In this document: positions 25,326-35,381 of the stretch, one piece after another
Numbering within the stretch: position 1 is the first letter of the stretch
Layout: every line of letters begins with the position of its first letter
Assembly (NCBI GenBank): GCA_051252195.1
Contig: JBPOGD010000006.1
Coordinates: forward strand, 144,551 to 208,550
Reading direction: 5' to 3'
From: Akkermansiaceae bacterium
GTDB lineage: Bacteria; Verrucomicrobiota; Verrucomicrobiia; Verrucomicrobiales; Akkermansiaceae
DNA: 64,000 nt
The notes under the pieces: model-generated
Told to the model about the DNA's origin: nothing
Database searches by the model: none
Seen by the model: only the letters and a program-made list of their open reading frames with translations
Made by a program: the position numbers and the translations under genes

Positions 25326-28300
25326 CTAATCTCCTTGTCTGACATCGGGCTTGATGGTGATGGGGGTTTTCTTCGCCGTTTTCTTCTTACTCGTCTTCTC
25401 CATGTTCTCTACGCCGCTTTGTTGGTCGGCGATGAGGTTGATATCGACTTCTACGGGGACGGCTCTTAGTGCTGAGATGATTTTCTCTAGCTGAGTGACG
25501 GTTTCGTTCGCTAGGCTCTGGGGCTGGGCGTAGCTGCTGCCTGCGGCGGCGATGCCGTCTTTGATGGAGTCGAGGCCGTCATTGAACTGGGTGAGCTGGG
25601 CGACGACGCGGCTGATGGGGTCGTTCTCACCAGCTCCGCCGAGGAGTTTGTTTTTATTGAAATCTTTTTTGATCGATTCCCAGCGTTGGGTGTCGGCCTC
25701 ACTGAGGATGCCTTCCATTTCCTTGAACTTGAGTAAATTTGCCTCGGCTCCGGTGGTGAGGGTCTGCGATTCATTTTCGTAGTGATCGATGATGATGGCG
25801 CGGACTTCATCGTGGGTCATCATGGGAAGAATTTTCTCCGCCATGCGGCTCATGTTTCGGTAAGAGCCTTGCAGTTTAAAGGCGGGTTCGGTGCGGTAGT
25901 TGTCCTCTTGGGCGGCGGATTGAATATACTGCAAGTTTACCTGCAGAATGGTATCGCGCACGGTGTAGAGGTGCTTGACGGTTTGGACAAAATCATCGAT
26001 CTCGGCAGGGGTGTAATTGCCTTCGAAATCGACTCCCTCTGGGCTGCCTGAGGTGGCGATTTGCATCACGGCGTAGACGTCTTTTTGAGAACGAGAAGCG
26101 AGTTTGGAAAGGACGCTATTGGAGGTGAGGCAGTTTTCGATGTACGAGGCTTTGAATGACTCCGCGTGGCCGCCGATGATGTCGCCGAGATTGTAGGTGT
26201 CTGCTCGGTTAGCTAACATGTCGGGGATCTGGAACTTGCCACCGCTCTCGGTATAAGGGTTTCCTGCCATGACGACCGAGACTTTTTTACCACGGAGATC
26301 GTAGGTGCGTGCTCTGCCCTGATAGACGCCTTCAATCTTACGCTGGGCATCACAGAGGGAAATGAACTTCTGGAGAAACTCGGGATGACAGTGCTGGATG
26401 TCATCGAGGTAAAGCATGACATTGTCACCCATTTCTAGAGCGAGGTTAAGCTTTTCAATTTCTTCACGCGCCGAGGCGTTAGGTGCCTCTGCGGGGTCGA
26501 GTGATTTGACGTCATGACCAATGGCGGGACCATTGATTTTCATGAAGGTGAGTCCGAGACGATCTGCCACGTATTCCATCAGCGTCGTTTTTCCGTATCC
26601 CGGAGGAGAAATGAGGAGCAGAAGGCCCATGCGATCGGTGCGGGTATCGACGCCGGCGGTGCCCATCTGTTTGGCGAGATTATCACCGATCATCGGGAGG
26701 TAGACGTCGTTGAGGAGTTTATTGCGCACGAAGGAGGACATGACGCGTGCCTGGAACTCATTGAGACGCATCTCTTGGCGCTTGGCCTCTGTGAGCTTGT
26801 GCTTGATGTTTTGGTAAGCGAGGTAAACGGGGACGATCTCTGTTTCGAAGTGATCCAGCTTGTCCATAAAATCGTTATAGTGCAGCTGGTAGTTAGGCTC
26901 GGTGCCGAGGAGTCCTGTGACGTCAGCGGTAACGACGACGTGGTGGACGTTGAGGGTGCTGTATGTGTCGGCTGCTAGATGGGCTGCGGCTTCAGATAAT
27001 AGTGCCTGATTGCTGAGTTCGCTCGTCGATCTCAGCCAATCGAGAATCGTTTGGTACTTCGCCTTACCTGTGAGGGTGGAAATAGAGTCTTCGTAGTTTT
27101 TCTGCGCGCGTTTGGCGGTGAGGGTTTGGTGGAATTTTTTGAGGATGCTGTCCGCCTCGGGCGAAATAACAAAGTCTGTTCCAGAGCTGAGTTGATCGTA
27201 GAGATAGGCTGCTGTGCTCGTGATCAGTGGGGTGTGACCAGTGCTCGGGGAGTGCTGGGTGAGAGCATTTTCGAGGATCGCAATATAGGGGTTTCCAGCC
27301 GTGTAGGAGGTCTGCTCGAAGCCGCTTTTCCTCATGAGAGCGTGGTTCTGTAGCTGCGTGGCGAGGGTGTTTTTTTCCTCAGACTCCCAGAGACTCCAGA
27401 AGAGGACAGCCATGGCACGCACCTCGGGACTGTACTTAAGTAGTCCGATATTTTGGTGAATGGGCATAATGGCTTGCAGAAAGAGGAAGGCGTCGTGGTC
27501 GTGGACGCCCTTGGTGTAGGACTCTGAGTAGCGTGAGGCGGCGAACTTCTGGATGGATTCTATCGATAGAGAATTTGGGTGTGCGGCTTCGCCATTTGTT
27601 TCATTCACGACCGGAACGGGCATGCTACGGAGGAACTGGTAAGCAAGGTACTCGCCGCGGTAGACGTCCTTGTTTTCAGAAATAAGCTCCTGATCCCAGA
27701 TTGGCTGGGTGGCGAGGAAATCGGGATCCGTGATCGGTTCAAAGAAGTCGGTTCCCGTGAGGTGAAAACACATCGCAGCATCGCGAGGCACGATGGAAAG
27801 CTCAAGCTTCTGGGTGTTAACGGCAAACTTGTGTTTACCTAACTTGATAATATTTGTGCCGTCGACGAAGAGTTCCTTACGGTCTTTGAGCTGTCGTACG
27901 GCATCTTCTTTGAGCGTTTTAAGCTGTGTCTGGATGTCGGCAGATTTAACCGAGTTTCCGAGGTCGTTGAGCTGCTCAATGATGTCGCGGACCTTGGAAA
28001 TCATCAGGTCACCAGCGAAGTAGCCGTTGATTTCGTTAAGTTCCTTAAAGGTAGCGACACGATTTTTAATGCCTGATAGAACGCGTTCGGCAGATTTAAC
28101 AAGGTTGGCTGCGCGTTTATTGCGTTTTTCTGTAAGAGCTGTTTTACGGGAGTCGAAGGCGCTGTAGACCTCCTCGCGCTTGGCTGCGAGATCTTCCGCG
28201 TACTCGTCAAACTCAGCAAATTTTCCTTCTAACTCCTCAATCTGCACCATGACCTTGGTGAGATACTCCTCACACTTTTCAGGGGCGTCACAGAGATCGA

Positions 28301-30392
28301 GAAAATTAACGATAGCTTGTCCTAGCAGCTTCATCTGCGCTCCGAACTGAGCGGAGCCCTCGGACTTCGCGAGTGCTTGGCGTTTGTTTTTAAGCTCAGC
28401 ACGAACAGCATTCAGCACCGAGTATATGTTAGAAATATTATCAATGATCGCCGTCGTCTGCGTGGCGTCTGCGATTTTTAAGTTACTAACTACATCGATA
28501 AGCATTTCTAACTCAGCAGCGCAGGTATCGAGAGCTTCTGATGTAGCATCGGCGTCAGTGACTTTAACAAGTTGTTCGATTTTTACTTTTTGCTCATCGA
28601 CACTACGGCGGTAAGAATCCAGAGCCTCGGGAGTCAGGAGGAAGCGAACTGTTTTCTCAGAAACTGCTTCGGTAGAGCTGACGACTTGCTGCTCGAGCTC
28701 GGTGATAAGATCTGCATCGACGTAACGCAGATCGCGGAGACCGATGATGTCGCCACGCAGCGTGCGGAGCTTCGAAAGCTGGTGAACGTAGCCCTGGATA
28801 TTCTCAGGTGGCGTGTGCTCGATTTCCCTGAGGAGTTTGTCGACAGCTTGCTGTGTTTGCTTGGTCTGCTGTGCAGTGGATTGACGGAGGCGAACGACCT
28901 TATCAAATTCATCGATCGCTGAGTTTGCCGCGGCATTGATTTCGCGGAGCGGTTGTGAAAGCTCAAAGGCTTCCTCGTTAGCTAACCAGAAATAGGTGTC
29001 GTTGATATCGCCTGTTTTTTTGACAAGGTCGAGATAGAGACCGGCGTAGGAATCTTCTTTCGATAGCAGGTTGAGTATTTCACGTGACTCTGCCATGCAG
29101 CGGACGATGTCTGCATTGCCTATTTTAAAGAGTAGTGAGCCATTCTCTGTGGCAGAGGCCGCACTGAAATCGGCGTCGAGATAGGGGGTTTGCCAAACCT
29201 GAATGACGTGGTGTTTCTGCGCCGCTTCATCCGAGCGGAAGTAGAGAAGTTTGCCATCGGGGAAAACGGAATAGCCGCTGCAAATAATCGGCGTGTCCAC
29301 GGCACGTTCGATGAGATTGTAGGAAAGCAGTACGTAGTCGCCGTTGCTGCGATTATAGAAAACAAAGAGCGTGTCCTCACCATTGGCGCTGACGATTCGT
29401 TTCTCAAAGCGCATGTCATCGAGACCGTGGTCGAAAATCTTGACCTCACCACTCAGCAGCAAATAGCCGTTGGCAAAGATCAGTCCTTGATCATCTGGTA
29501 GCAAAACGCATGAGTGCCCGATGGCATCGAGCCTGTGAACCTGCTGGGTTTTTTCATTATAAACGAGGTAACGGTAATCCTCCTCACGATAGGGGAGAAT
29601 CTTCAAAAGAACCAAGGGGCCTACGATGGCGTAGAGCACCTCTGCGTCATCAAGCGTCTGGTCTTTATCGGTGACGTCTTCTTGGTAAATACCTTTGCCT
29701 GAGCTGGTGTTATCCTCGATTTTGATGGTGAGATCACCGCCTACGGTTTCGACAAATATTTTATCCTCGATCGAAATATGAGGGTGCTCACCAGGCCGCT
29801 GCATGTCGCGATGGGCGCGCAGCCACTCGAACTCCTGCTGGGCGGGAAACTTGTACTCGTGATCAAAGCGATTACCGAGATACTCCATCGTACCGTCGCC
29901 ATTGAGTCGCCACTTAAAGGTTTTTAAATCATCGAGCCCTTTGCCAATGCGCACCGCCATGTGGAGGTGGGGGCCATTGAGCATGAATTTTACAAAAGTC
30001 GCCTGTTTGTAGTATTTATAAACGGAGTGGAAATCGTCGTGGAAATCACGGCCAAATATTTCTGAAGCATCAACCCGGGTGAGCGCGTGCGATTCGATAT
30101 CGTAATCGTAGATTGAAAACACATCGGCTGGCTCCATGGTTTGTTTGAGTCCAAACTGGATGTTGTAGCCAAAGAGGAAGCGACTTTTACCGATGGGCGT
30201 GATATCGCGCGCCACACAGTTATGCTCGGTGCTGATGCGCTCCGTGGCGATGAGTGCGGGGTCGATCGCACCAAAGATCTCTTTACGTGCGGTATTGAGT
30301 TGCTCAATACGCTCCCGCAAGACAGAGCCATGCTTCTCCATACGCCCGCGGATAACCTCATAGGAACCGCCTTCTAGTTGTTGATCTGACAT
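25326..30392 (-). CDS. giant (1688 aa) protein with a single MoxR/dynein-like (AAA_5-type) AAA+ module near the C-terminus, a long central coiled coil and a beta-rich N-terminal region
   Basis: Walker A ISPPGYGKTTLMEY. Walker B and the MoxR-like helix LYLDDIQHCHPEFLQKFISLCD. Sensor-1 VSVVMAGNP. A coiled-coil-rich region of about 400 aa. Confidence 0.8.
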   Translation of the reverse strand: MSDQQLEGGSYEVIRGRMEKHGSVLRERIEQLNTARKEIFGAIDPALIATERISTEHNCVARDITPIGKSRFLFGYNIQFGLKQTMEPADVFSIYDYDIESHALTRVDASEIFGRDFHDDFHSVYKYYKQATFVKFMLNGPHLHMAVRIGKGLDDLKTFKWRLNGDGTMEYLGNRFDHEYKFPAQQEFEWLRAHRDMQRPGEHPHISIEDKIFVETVGGDLTIKIEDNTSSGKGIYQEDVTDKDQTLDDAEVLYAIVGPLVLLKILPYREEDYRYLVYNEKTQQVHRLDAIGHSCVLLPDDQGLIFANGYLLLSGEVKIFDHGLDDMRFEKRIVSANGEDTLFVFYNRSNGDYVLLSYNLIERAVDTPIICSGYSVFPDGKLLYFRSDEAAQKHHVIQVWQTPYLDADFSAASATENGSLLFKIGNADIVRCMAESREILNLLSKEDSYAGLYLDLVKKTGDINDTYFWLANEEAFELSQPLREINAAANSAIDEFDKVVRLRQSTAQQTKQTQQAVDKLLREIEHTPPENIQGYVHQLSKLRTLRGDIIGLRDLRYVDADLITELEQQVVSSTEAVSEKTVRFLLTPEALDSYRRSVDEQKVKIEQLVKVTDADATSEALDTCAAELEMLIDVVSNLKIADATQTTAIIDNISNIYSVLNAVRAELKNKRQALAKSEGSAQFGAQMKLLGQAIVNFLDLCDAPEKCEEYLTKVMVQIEELEGKFAEFDEYAEDLAAKREEVYSAFDSRKTALTEKRNKRAANLVKSAERVLSGIKNRVATFKELNEINGYFAGDLMISKVRDIIEQLNDLGNSVKSADIQTQLKTLKEDAVRQLKDRKELFVDGTNIIKLGKHKFAVNTQKLELSIVPRDAAMCFHLTGTDFFEPITDPDFLATQPIWDQELISENKDVYRGEYLAYQFLRSMPVPVVNETNGEAAHPNSLSIESIQKFAASRYSESYTKGVHDHDAFLFLQAIMPIHQNIGLLKYSPEVRAMAVLFWSLWESEEKNTLATQLQNHALMRKSGFEQTSYTAGNPYIAILENALTQHSPSTGHTPLITSTAAYLYDQLSSGTDFVISPEADSILKKFHQTLTAKRAQKNYEDSISTLTGKAKYQTILDWLRSTSELSNQALLSEAAAHLAADTYSTLNVHHVVVTADVTGLLGTEPNYQLHYNDFMDKLDHFETEIVPVYLAYQNIKHKLTEAKRQEMRLNEFQARVMSSFVRNKLLNDVYLPMIGDNLAKQMGTAGVDTRTDRMGLLLLISPPGYGKTTLMEYVADRLGLTFMKINGPAIGHDVKSLDPAEAPNASAREEIEKLNLALEMGDNVMLYLDDIQHCHPEFLQKFISLCDAQRKIEGVYQGRARTYDLRGKKVSVVMAGNPYTESGGKFQIPDMLANRADTYNLGDIIGGHAESFKASYIENCLTSNSVLSKLASRSQKDVYAVMQIATSGSPEGVDFEGNYTPAEIDDFVQTVKHLYTVRDTILQVNLQYIQSAAQEDNYRTEPAFKLQGSYRNMSRMAEKILPMMTHDEVRAIIIDHYENESQTLTTGAEANLLKFKEMEGILSEADTQRWESIKKDFNKNKLLGGAGENDPISRVVAQLTQFNDGLDSIKDGIAAAGSSYAQPQSLANETVTQLEKIISALRAVPVEVDINLIADQQSGVENMEKTSKKKTAKKTPITIKPDVRQGD

Positions 30393-30468
30393 TGTTGAAA
30401 CTTAAATTTTGAAACCACGAATCTTATGAATCGGACTAATCTTTGCTTGGGTTTGGCTTTTTAGAGAC

Positions 30469-30507
30469 CACGGATTACGCGGATTTCACGGATTTTTATC
30501 ACGAATG
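30469..30507. promoter_or_regulatory. cluster of four direct-repeat half-sites CRCGGAT/CACGAAT with 9-12 bp spacing, 77-115 nt upstream of the giant AAA+ gene start
   Basis: cacggatta cgcggattt cacggattttta tcacgaatg. The same motif occurs at 5954-5980, 7601-7618 and 10730-10756. Confidence 0.4.
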
Positions 30508-30872
30508 ATACGTTCATAGGAGAGTTGTTTAGGATCTCCGAAGTTAACGAGATACCCTAGCTTAAATGACGTAGCTTTTAGATAATTGTGTAACTGAGAA
30601 CGATGGCTGTCATCTATTGCAGAAACAGCTTTGAGTTCGATGATGATTTTTGAATGAGCAACGATGTCTGGCTGGTAGCTTTGTTTTAGCTGTTTTCCTT
30701 TATAGATTATTTCTAGCTTAGGCTGCTGAACAAAAGGGATTTTTCTCTCTTGTAGCTCCATGCATAAAGCCTCTTGATAAACAGCCTCTAAAAACCCTGA
30801 GCCTAATTCGTTATAAACATCATAAAAGGCTCCAACGAGGGGGTAAGTTTCATTTTCATAAAGCAGAGCCAT
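30486..30872 (-). CDS. GxxExxY-family protein (PD-(D/E)XK-like)
   Basis: Signature GSGFLEAVYQEAL and overall match to the GxxExxY family (128 aa). Confidence 0.85.
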   Translation of the reverse strand: MALLYENETYPLVGAFYDVYNELGSGFLEAVYQEALCMELQERKIPFVQQPKLEIIYKGKQLKQSYQPDIVAHSKIIIELKAVSAIDDSHRSQLHNYLKATSFKLGYLVNFGDPKQLSYERIIRDKNP

Positions 30873-30994
30873 AAGATAATAAATTGGGTTTTATAGATTT
30901 TTTAAATTGAATACGCAGCATAAGAAAATCCGTTAAATCTGCATGATCCGTGGTCAAAAAAAGATTTGGCACGGATCAGCGGTTCGGTTGTTTG

Positions 30995-33007
30995 CTATCC
31001 TAAGAAGTCCTTAGCGGGGGTGTCCTTGAGGTTGAATCGTTCGGCGGCGTTGAGGAAACCGACGATTTTATCGCGGTTTTCGCTGTCGGCTTTGACCATG
31101 ATGTTTCCTAATAAGGCTCCTACGGAGAGGTTTTTGATGTCCTCGGTGGCGAAGCCATATTCTTCAATCCATGTTGCGATCTGGCTCTTGTAGTATTCAG
31201 GGTCGGCGTTGAAGAAGGTTTCTTTCACATCGTGCAGCACGCGGCTGTTGTCCACAGTGCGGTCGACGACCTTGCCTGAGGTGATCGCGCTGGTGATGCG
31301 ATCAAAGAACTCAGTTTCGCCACCCACGATGTCGATCTTAGCTGACTTGAGAGCTTCTCCCACGACGATGGCTTGCTGCTCAGCAATCTGACGCTGAACA
31401 TCGATTTCTGCGAGCTCCACGGCTTTTTCCTTATCGAGTTCGAGCTTGAACTCCTCGTGCTCCTGACCAGCTTCTCCGAAGAGTTTCATGGCAGCAGCTT
31501 TCTGCTCAATAGCGTCGGCGTCAGCTTCACCCTTCGCACGCATAACCTGAGCTTCACCCATACCAACAGCGGCGGCTTCTTTCGCAGAAGCGTCAGCTAG
31601 CATGATCTTAGCAGAGGCATTTTTCTCAGCCGCGATTTGATCGGCATCGGCAGCGATGACCACTTCTTCAGCGTGAAGTTCGGCAGCTTGTTTATCACCT
31701 TCAGCAGATTTGACTTTTTCATAGAGTTCTTGATCCGCCTTGAGGATAGCAGCTTCTTTGACCGCTTCGGCACGCTTGATTTGCTCGATGAGGATTTCTT
31801 GTGCTTGCGCTTCTGCGAGGGTGACTTTCACCTGCTTCTCACGATCTGCTCCAGCAAATGCCTCGGTGTCCTTGATTTTCTCCTGTTCGATCACCACGGT
31901 TTTTTCCACGGCGACGCGCTCTTTGATGACATCTTGGATTTCTTTGCGCTGAACTTCTACCGCCTTGTCTTTTTCAATGGCTTTGATCTCTGTGAGACGC
32001 TCGCGTTCGATGGATTCAAGTTGTTGATCACGCTTCACCCGCTCTAGTTCAACGACGTCGGTGCGTTCCTTATTGCGTTGAGCCACGAGGACTTGGCGCT
32101 GTTTGTTTTCCTCAGAAATTTGGATTTCCTCTTCGGCGCTGATGCGTGCCTGCTCAGATTTCTGGCGCTGCTCTTCCTCGACCTTGAGGGTGTCGGCTAC
32201 TTCGCGTGCTTGTGCAACTTTGACTTCTCGCTCCTGCTTGGCCTCTGTTTCTGCGAGCTGGCGTTCGAGCTCAAGGATGGCCTCGCGTGCTTCCACGTCC
32301 TGCTGCTTGAGAACTTTTTCCTTGTCGCGCTGAATGTTGTTAGAAAGCTTCGCCTGTTCGGCGGTAAGGTGGTGGATTTTTTTAATACCCTCGGCATCGA
32401 GAATGTTATCGGGATCGAGCGACTCGAGCGGAGTTTGCTCAAGGTAATCGATCGCTGCATCATCAAGGACGAAGCCGTTAAGGTCAGTACCGATGATTTT
32501 CAGCATTTCGTCGCGGAAGGTATCGCGCTCTTCATAGAGCTGAGTGAAGTCGAACTTTTTACCCACGGTTTTAAGCGCCTCAGAGAACTTAGCATCGAAG
32601 AGAGCGCGGATTTCTGGCTCAGAAGAAGCGCGATCGCAGCCGATGGATTCGGCAACGCGGAGTACATCGTCCTCGACGTTGTTGACGCGGACGAAGAAAG
32701 CGACCTTGATATCGGCGCGCATATTGTCCTTACAGATGAGGCCATTTTTACCTGTGCGGTCGACCTCGATTCGTTTGACGGAAATGTCGATGAGTTCGGC
32801 GCGGTTGATCAGTGGGTAGACAGTGCCACCGTTAAAGATGACCTTTGTCCGTGGAATTCCTGTGACGACTAAAGCAGTGCCTTTTTCCACCTTGCGGTAA
32901 AAGGTGACGATGAGGATGGCGATGCCAATCAGAGCCAGTAGGATGATGACGGCACCCATAATTAAGACATTGGGTGCAAAGGATGTTGCGGCTAACATGT
33001 TGTTCAT
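30995..33007 (-). CDS. flotillin-like SPFH/band-7 protein (YqiK/FloT-type) with long E/K/Q-rich coiled-coil
   Basis: N-terminal TM segment, an SPFH domain (VYPLINRAELIDISVKRIEVDR..., IKVAFFVRVNNVEDDVLRVAES) and an EA/EQ-repeat region. Confidence 0.9.
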   Translation of the reverse strand: MNNMLAATSFAPNVLIMGAVIILLALIGIAILIVTFYRKVEKGTALVVTGIPRTKVIFNGGTVYPLINRAELIDISVKRIEVDRTGKNGLICKDNMRADIKVAFFVRVNNVEDDVLRVAESIGCDRASSEPEIRALFDAKFSEALKTVGKKFDFTQLYEERDTFRDEMLKIIGTDLNGFVLDDAAIDYLEQTPLESLDPDNILDAEGIKKIHHLTAEQAKLSNNIQRDKEKVLKQQDVEAREAILELERQLAETEAKQEREVKVAQAREVADTLKVEEEQRQKSEQARISAEEEIQISEENKQRQVLVAQRNKERTDVVELERVKRDQQLESIERERLTEIKAIEKDKAVEVQRKEIQDVIKERVAVEKTVVIEQEKIKDTEAFAGADREKQVKVTLAEAQAQEILIEQIKRAEAVKEAAILKADQELYEKVKSAEGDKQAAELHAEEVVIAADADQIAAEKNASAKIMLADASAKEAAAVGMGEAQVMRAKGEADADAIEQKAAAMKLFGEAGQEHEEFKLELDKEKAVELAEIDVQRQIAEQQAIVVGEALKSAKIDIVGGETEFFDRITSAITSGKVVDRTVDNSRVLHDVKETFFNADPEYYKSQIATWIEEYGFATEDIKNLSVGALLGNIMVKADSENRDKIVGFLNAAERFNLKDTPAKDFLG

Positions 33008-33051
33008 AGTTTGTGTGTGGTTTTTTGGATAAAAGGGAGGAGGTAGAAGGA

Positions 33052-33675
33052 TTAGATTTTTCGGACAGAGTAGACGCCTTTTTCTTTGTCGTAGGCTACG
33101 ACGGCGACTTCGCTTCCACGGGGGATGGGTGTTTCTTCGCTGGTTTTACAGGTAAGAATGGCAGGTGCTCCACCGACGCGCTGCTGCTCGCACTGGCCGT
33201 ATTTTCCATCGACTTCACGAGAGATAACGACGGCAGTTCCTCCCACCGCAGGCTCTGCGATTTCGTGCTGCTCTAGTTTTTTAAAAAGCGGCACAAGAGG
33301 TGCGGTGGTGAACTTAACCAGGAGAACGGCAAGAATGAAAGAGGCGACAAAGATCCCTATGGCTCGCCACTCGACCTGACCTGCGTTAAGATAATAGTTT
33401 CCCAGCATACTGAGCATCCAGAGGTAAACGGCTAGGAGTGAGCAAACGACCATCATCGGGACATCGGCAGCATTTACGAAGCGCAGCATCGCGCTAATGG
33501 GATTTGGAAAACTGCTATCGCCACCCGTATCCGTATCAACATCTAGATCGATATCAAAAGCGTCGACACCCACGACTCCAAGAATACAAACGATCCAATA
33601 GAGTGCGAAAACGCCAACCAAAATCGTCAAAGGTAGGTTGTAAGGTAAAATTGCTTGTTGCCAGATTTCTATCAC
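33052..33675 (-). CDS. NfeD-like/YqiJ-family membrane protein (partner of flotillin) with C-terminal OB-fold
   Basis: Multi-TM N-terminal region and a C-terminal GTAVVISREVDGKYGQCEQQRVGG...GSEVAVVAYDKEKGVYSVRKI OB-like tail. It sits directly upstream of the flotillin gene. Confidence 0.7.
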   Translation of the reverse strand: MIEIWQQAILPYNLPLTILVGVFALYWIVCILGVVGVDAFDIDLDVDTDTGGDSSFPNPISAMLRFVNAADVPMMVVCSLLAVYLWMLSMLGNYYLNAGQVEWRAIGIFVASFILAVLLVKFTTAPLVPLFKKLEQHEIAEPAVGGTAVVISREVDGKYGQCEQQRVGGAPAILTCKTSEETPIPRGSEVAVVAYDKEKGVYSVRKI

Positions 33676-33734
33676 GACATCATAGAATAGAAAATTGTCA
33701 CATTCTGCGATTATAATTATTCTTAAATTTTAGA

Positions 33735-34568
33735 GTGCAGAGGAGAATGTTCCGTCTTAACTTGATTTATATGGTTGCACGGCTGACTTTCATTCTTCTT
33801 TTGGCGGTCGTCATCCAGTCGTGTTCCTATCGGTCTTCGATTGATGAGCAGGGGAATGTTGTGGAATATGAGACGAGTTCCGTGATGCGGAGTTATGGTG
33901 TGAAGGCCTTTGGGAAATACAAAAAGACAAAGGCGATTTCACAGGAGAAACAATACACCGACTCTGTGGAGCGGGTAGCGGAGCGACTTAAAAAGGTGAT
34001 TAATCTGCCCGATGCCAATTGGGAATTTGTTGTTTTTAAAGATAAATCTCCCAATGCTTTCGCCCTTCCTGGAGGAAAAGTGGGGGTGCATACAGGTTTA
34101 TTTGATCTGATCAAGGACAAGGATCATAGACGGAGTGATGCGCTGTTAGCTGCTGTGATGGGACATGAGATTTCACACGCCACGTCAAAGCATGCTGAGT
34201 TTCGCATGTATAGGGGTTGGGCGCTGGCGGCTATTACGGCGGGAATCTGGTATGGCATGGATCAGAATGATGAAGATCACGCTGGTGGCTCGGCGGCGGC
34301 TTTTGCTGTGGGAGCGTATTTATTAGATAGTTTGCCGCTGTCGCGGTGGCAGGAGTACGAGAGCGATCGGATAGGAGCTGTCTACATGGCGAAGGCGGGG
34401 TATGACCCACGGGAGTCGCTGGAGCTTTGGCGAAGGCTGGAGCGTATCCATTCTTTATCTCCGGCGCCCAAAGCTGCTTTTTTGCGAACTCACCCACCTG
34501 ATCGCGCAAGGATAGAGCGCTTGGAGGAGTTCATGCCTGTAGCACTCAAGTTTTATCGAAAAGAATGA
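33735..34568 (+). CDS. M48-family Zn metallopeptidase
   Basis: HEISH zinc motif (AVMGHEISHATSKHAEF), an N-terminal TM/signal segment and a downstream E. Confidence 0.85.
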   Translation: MQRRMFRLNLIYMVARLTFILLLAVVIQSCSYRSSIDEQGNVVEYETSSVMRSYGVKAFGKYKKTKAISQEKQYTDSVERVAERLKKVINLPDANWEFVVFKDKSPNAFALPGGKVGVHTGLFDLIKDKDHRRSDALLAAVMGHEISHATSKHAEFRMYRGWALAAITAGIWYGMDQNDEDHAGGSAAAFAVGAYLLDSLPLSRWQEYESDRIGAVYMAKAGYDPRESLELWRRLERIHSLSPAPKAAFLRTHPPDRARIERLEEFMPVALKFYRKE

Positions 34569-35269
34569 AGGGAATAGATACCGCTCATTTGACTCTTATG
34601 AATAAGCCCATAAACTACACTATGAAACGATTATTGAATGTAACGGTACCCATCGCCTGTCTAGGCATCATGCTTGCCTTTTTAGCGGTTTTACAAACCA
34701 CCCACGCAAAAGAAACTATGAATGATAAAAAACCTACCAGTGCCAATGATGTTCCCGATGGATTTGAGAAAGCAACTTTTGCCGCTGGGTGCTACTGGTG
34801 CGTAGAAGCGGTTTTCCAGAGACTAGATGGTGTGCACTCTGCGACCTCAGGCTTTATCGATGGTCATGTGGAAAACCCTAGCTATGAGGCTGTATGTGCG
34901 GGTGTGACTGGTCATACAGAGGCCGTCGAGGTGATTTTTGATCCTAAGGAGATTTCTTTTGAAACATTGCTCGATTGGTTCTGGCGATTACACGATCCCA
35001 CACAGCTGAACCGTCAGGGGGCCGACGTCGGAACCCAGTACCGGTCAGGAGTTTACTACCATAACTTAGAGCAGAAAAAGATGACTGAGGCTTCCAAACT
35101 CGCAGCGCAGGATAATTTTCCAAAACCTATCGTGACGGAAGTGAAAGAGGCGACGACATTTTATCCCGCTAAAATATCACATCAGGATTATTACAAAATC
35201 AATGGAAGTACTAACGGTTACTGCAGAGCGGTGATTGCGCCGAAATTGAAGAAGCTGAAGCTTGAATAA
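34565..35269 (+). CDS. msrA: peptide-methionine (S)-S-oxide reductase
   Basis: GCYWCVEAVFQRLDGVHSATSGFIDG...YEAVCAGVTGHTEAVEVIFDP. It overlaps the M48 gene by 4 nt. The true start may be at the internal MKRLLN..., giving a signal peptide. Confidence 0.9.
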   Translation: MKGIDTAHLTLMNKPINYTMKRLLNVTVPIACLGIMLAFLAVLQTTHAKETMNDKKPTSANDVPDGFEKATFAAGCYWCVEAVFQRLDGVHSATSGFIDGHVENPSYEAVCAGVTGHTEAVEVIFDPKEISFETLLDWFWRLHDPTQLNRQGADVGTQYRSGVYYHNLEQKKMTEASKLAAQDNFPKPIVTEVKEATTFYPAKISHQDYYKINGSTNGYCRAVIAPKLKKLKLE

Positions 35270-35381
35270 GCCTGTTTATATCTTAGCCGTATTTGACAGA
35301 GGTGTTTCTGTTTTCAGTAAACTTAAAAATGATGTTGTTCATAAAAGAGACAGTCATGCCACAGCAGAATATCATCGCTTA

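Noticed and set aside
32078-32872. 264-aa plus-strand ORF and several others antisense to the flotillin gene, and similar antisense ORFs inside the lyase, AAA+ and pentapeptide genes (for example 3635..3844, 4465..4809, 26514..26978, 23483..23683)
   Set aside because: Low-complexity translations of the opposite strand of well-supported genes, with no independent signal.
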